This document shows, piece by piece, positions 60,729 through 64,000 of a DNA stretch of 64,000 nucleotides. The DNA comes from Candidatus Latescibacterota bacterium (GTDB taxonomy: Bacteria; Latescibacterota; UBA2968; GCA-2709665): contig OZ244744.1 of the NCBI GenBank assembly GCA_965219455.1, forward strand, positions 4,992,001-5,056,000. The letters are read 5' to 3'. The translations under genes and the position numbers were made by a program. Within the stretch, counting starts at the first letter, position 1, and the number at the start of each line of letters is the position of its first letter. The notes beneath the pieces were generated by a model. The model was given only the letters and a program-made list of their open reading frames with translations. It was not told the DNA's origin and did no database searches.

Positions 60729-60989
60729 ATGGCGGAACGAGAAGCGACGGTGAAAAACAGGTTGGGTATCCATGCGCGGCCGTCGGCCCTTCTTGTGCAG
60801 GCGGCCGCTAAGTTTGTATCGGAGATTACCCTGATCAAAGATGGGCTCGAAGTCAACGGCAAGAGTATCATGGGCGTAATGATGCTGGCCGCGGAGATGG
60901 AGGCGAAAATTCGCGTCCGGGCCGCGGGACCGGATGAAAAGGAAGCGCTGGATGAAATCGCGGGGATGATCGAAGGCAAGTTCGATTAG
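60729..60989 (+). CDS. ptsH: Phosphocarrier protein HPr
   Basis: GIHARP (His15), NGKSIMG (Ser46). Confidence 0.97.
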   Translation: MAEREATVKNRLGIHARPSALLVQAAAKFVSEITLIKDGLEVNGKSIMGVMMLAAEMEAKIRVRAAGPDEKEALDEIAGMIEGKFD

Positions 60990-61153
60990 GGCGGTGTCTC
61001 ACTTATGCGCCACGCCCATTTCCCGGCCCGCGTACCCGTTACAGGGCCGGTTCGCTCCGTTTCGATCCAACCGGCCGCCCCTGCGCTCGGGTCGAAGGCG
61101 GTTTTGTCGTGTGGTTCACGTCTAACGTATCTCGCTACCGGGGTTCCAGGCCG

Positions 61154-62935
61154 ATGAAGATATTGAAAGGCATCCAGGCATCGAATGGTATCGCCATCGG
61201 TCCGGTTTATCTTCACGACCCGGAGGAGCCGTGGGTGGACTACCGGCGTATCGCGGAAGATGAGGTCGAGGGAGAGCTGCGGCGATTTCTGGATGCGCTC
61301 GCTTCCGTAGCGAAAGATCTGAAGAACACACGGGTTCGGGTCGAGGAGAAGTTGGGTCCGGACCACGCCCAGATATTCGATGCACATCTGATGATCCTGG
61401 ATGATCCGGCACTGAGAGAGCCGACCATGGCTTCGATCCGGAAGGATCGGGTGAATGTCGAGTATGCGTTCTGGCGGACCCTTCAGAAAGTGCGCCGGCA
61501 ATTCGATGCAATTCCGGACGACTATTTCAGGGCGCGGCGTGCGGATATACTCGACATCGAAAAGCGGGTGCTGGCCGGATTGTGCCGGCGGGAAGATTCG
61601 TTGCTGGACCGGATGACCGCCCCCGCGATCCTGATCGCACACGAATTGACCCCATCCAATGCGGCACGCCTGAAGCGGGACAGCGTGTTGGGCATGGTCA
61701 CCGAAGCGGGCGCGGCAACTTCGCACGCGTCGATTATCGCACGTGGGCTCGAGATTCCGGCGGTTGTGGGTGTCGAGGCGGCCCTGGCGTCGGCCGAACC
61801 GGGCGATACGGCCATTGTGGACGGGAATCGTGGGCTGGTCTGTATCCGGCCCAATGCCGAAACGCTGAGCCGGTACCGTGCCGAAGCCCGCAGGTTCATG
61901 GAGACGCAGAAGGGCCTGTTGAAGTTCGCCGACGTGCCCACCGAAACACTCGACGGCGTTCGCGTCAGTCTGCAAGGCAACATCGAACTGCCCGAGGAGG
62001 GGCGGTCCGTGCTGGCATACGGCGCCGAAGGCATCGGTCTGTATCGTACCGAATACCTCTACCTCGCGGGATCCAGACTGCCCGACGAAGAAGCGCAGAC
62101 GGCCGCCTACACACGGCTTGCCGAACAGATGGCGCCTCATCCGCTTGTGGTGCGCACCCTGGACCTGGGCGGCGATAAGCTGGCGCAGGATTTCCTCAAC
62201 AATGAAGAGACGAATCCGTTTCTGGGCTGGCGCGCCATCCGCCATTCCCTGGCAAACCGGGATCTGTTCCGGGTTCAGTTGCGGTCCATCCTCCGATCCA
62301 GCATCCATGGAAACGTGAAGCTGATGTTTCCAATGATATCGGGCGTGGAGGAATTGCTGGAGGCCAAAGCGGTTCTGGGCGAGGCCCGTGCCGAACTGGA
62401 GCGGGACGGCGTGCCGTTTGACGAGGCGTGCGACGTGGGCGCGGTGATCGAGGTGCCCTCGGCAGCCGTGGTGGCCGACCAATTGGCGCGTGAGGTGAAT
62501 TTTTTCAGCATTGGCACCAACGATCTCGTTCAGTATACCCTTGCGGTGGATCGGAGCAACGAGCGGGTGGCCTACCTGTACGATCCGTTTCATCCGGCCG
62601 TATTGCGTTTGATCAAATCGGTGGTGGACTCCGGCCACCGTCACGACATCCCGGTCACGGTATGCGGGGAAATGGCTGGCGACCCACACAGTTGTGTCCT
62701 GCTGATGGGGTTGGGGGTGGATGGGTTCAGCATCGGTCCGCGTATGGTTCCGGAGATCAAACAGGCGATTCGGTCGGTCACGATGGAAGAGGCCAGGGCC
62801 GTGGCGGAGGAGGCGCTGGCCCTGCCCACCCGGGGCGCCATTCGAGAATATCTTCACGTAGCGTTGTCCAGAATGCGCGGTTTGCGAACGAGACAGAACG
62901 AATTCGATAAAGAGCCGGCCGGTCTCGAAAGTTAA
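61154..62935 (+). CDS. ptsI: PEP-protein phosphotransferase, PTS enzyme I
   Basis: TSHASI, GIGLYRTE, RTLDLGGDK, NPFLGWR, SIGTNDL, CGEMAG. Confidence 0.97.
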   Translation: MKILKGIQASNGIAIGPVYLHDPEEPWVDYRRIAEDEVEGELRRFLDALASVAKDLKNTRVRVEEKLGPDHAQIFDAHLMILDDPALREPTMASIRKDRVNVEYAFWRTLQKVRRQFDAIPDDYFRARRADILDIEKRVLAGLCRREDSLLDRMTAPAILIAHELTPSNAARLKRDSVLGMVTEAGAATSHASIIARGLEIPAVVGVEAALASAEPGDTAIVDGNRGLVCIRPNAETLSRYRAEARRFMETQKGLLKFADVPTETLDGVRVSLQGNIELPEEGRSVLAYGAEGIGLYRTEYLYLAGSRLPDEEAQTAAYTRLAEQMAPHPLVVRTLDLGGDKLAQDFLNNEETNPFLGWRAIRHSLANRDLFRVQLRSILRSSIHGNVKLMFPMISGVEELLEAKAVLGEARAELERDGVPFDEACDVGAVIEVPSAAVVADQLAREVNFFSIGTNDLVQYTLAVDRSNERVAYLYDPFHPAVLRLIKSVVDSGHRHDIPVTVCGEMAGDPHSCVLLMGLGVDGFSIGPRMVPEIKQAIRSVTMEEARAVAEEALALPTRGAIREYLHVALSRMRGLRTRQNEFDKEPAGLES

Positions 62936-63047
62936 GACGGATTCTTTACCAGGGCCACGCAACGCGACACCCGGCATCTGAACGGTTGTTCCCGCGGAAT
63001 ATCCGCCCGGAAGATTTTCCTACTCCACGACAGGAAAAGGTTTATTC

Positions 63048-64000
63048 ATGCAGCGCTTATTTACCTCAGAGTCTGTGTCCGAAGGGCATCCGGACAAGAT
63101 CTGCGATCAGATTTCCGATGCGGTCCTGGATGCAATGCTGGCCGAGGATCGCCATTCGCGGGTCGCGTGCGAGACGATGGTGACAACGGGCCAGGTGATT
63201 GTATCGGGCGAAGTAACCACGCAGGCGCAGGTGGATATCCAGAAACTGGTGCGAAATGTCATTCGGCGCATCGGTTATACGGATTCGGAGTATGGATTCG
63301 ACTACCGTTCCTGCGGTGTGCTCCTTGCCCTGCATACGCAATCGCCCGACATCTCCCAGGGAGTAAGCGAGGGCGAGGGTCTGCACGACGAGCAAGGCGC
63401 AGGCGACCAGGGTATGATGTTCGGTTACGCCTGCCGCGAGACACCGGAGTTGATGCCGATGCCCATTATGCTGTCCCATAAGCTGGTAATGGCCCTGGCG
63501 AGGCTCCGCCGCCGAGGAACGCTTCCCTATCTGCGTCCCGACAGCAAGTCACAGGTGACCGTGGAATATGAGGACGACAGGCCGGTGCGCGTGCATACGG
63601 TCGTGATTTCGACGCAGCACGACCCGAGCGCGCGGCACAGCCGCATTTCCCGCGATATGATTCAACATGTGGTCAAAAAAGTGATCCCTGCGCGTTATCT
63701 CGACAAAGACACGGTCTATCACATCAACCCAACCGGGCGTTTTGTGGTCGGCGGCCCCCACGGCGACACGGGGTTGACAGGCCGCAAGATTATTGTGGAT
63801 ACGTACGGGGGCGTGGGGCGGCACGGGGGCGGGGCGTTTTCCGGAAAGGATCCCAGCAAAGTCGACCGGAGCGCGCACTATGCCGCACGGTACGTCGCAA
63901 AGAACGTGGTGAAAGCCGGGCTTGCGAGCCGGTGCGAGGTGCAACTGGCCTATGCCATCGGGGTGGCCGAACCGGTGTCCATCGTCGTGGATACGTTCGG
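63048..64000 (+). CDS. metK: S-adenosylmethionine synthetase (runs off the window; absent from the ORF track)
   Basis: [52 protein letters not shown]. Confidence 0.98.
   Translation, partial: MQRLFTSESVSEGHPDKICDQISDAVLDAMLAEDRHSRVACETMVTTGQVIVSGEVTTQAQVDIQKLVRNVIRRIGYTDSEYGFDYRSCGVLLALHTQSPDISQGVSEGEGLHDEQGAGDQGMMFGYACRETPELMPMPIMLSHKLVMALARLRRRGTLPYLRPDSKSQVTVEYEDDRPVRVHTVVISTQHDPSARHSRISRDMIQHVVKKVIPARYLDKDTVYHINPTGRFVVGGPHGDTGLTGRKIIVDTYGGVGRHGGGAFSGKDPSKVDRSAHYAARYVAKNVVKAGLASRCEVQLAYAIGVAEPVSIVVDTF

Noticed and set aside
60986-62977. 663-aa minus-strand ORF and many similar long antisense ORFs (e.g. 23609-24805, 51968-53050, 57142-58218)
   Set aside because: Shadow frames opposite well-supported genes in GC-rich DNA, with no recognisable motifs.
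62936-63047. SAM riboswitch before metK
   Set aside because: The leader is short and I could not find SAM-I or SAM-II core sequences.

Overview
GC-rich bacterial chromosome segment; the group II GGGP synthase and gene order hint at an FCB-type lineage, which is inference only. Three housekeeping blocks are present: recG-pfkB-hflK-hflC-peptidase-coaE; tRNA-Asn/AlkP/tadA/tRNA-Ser; and tRNA-Ser/tRNA-Ala/large SRP RNA-dnaX-ybaB-recR-pgsA-pgpA-thpR-recA-recX-alaS-GGGPS-ptsH-ptsI-metK. Two accessory regions interrupt them. Region 1 (about 6.35-17.57 kb, coaE to tRNA-Asn) holds three toxin-antitoxin modules and a 1.7-kb hairpin-ended, TTAG-flanked element with no terminal inverted repeats, whose protein has Rep_trans-like motifs; this is the best candidate for an undescribed mobile system. 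Region 2 (about 20-49 kb) is a stack of decaying defence islands at tRNA-Ser. It includes a SNF2 + type III R-M locus bracketed by a duplicated tadA 3' end plus a complete tRNA-Ser, a GHKL/sacsin-DUF3883 gene followed by a HEPN-motif gene, a dead P4-type integrase beside a tRNA-Ser att fragment, a DUF262-HNH (GmrSD-like) gene between two inverted IS1182 copies, and a NYN protein. The mod and sacsin-like genes are broken by insertions at CTAG. No CRISPR array or rRNA was seen. All family calls come from motif recognition by eye; no searches were run.
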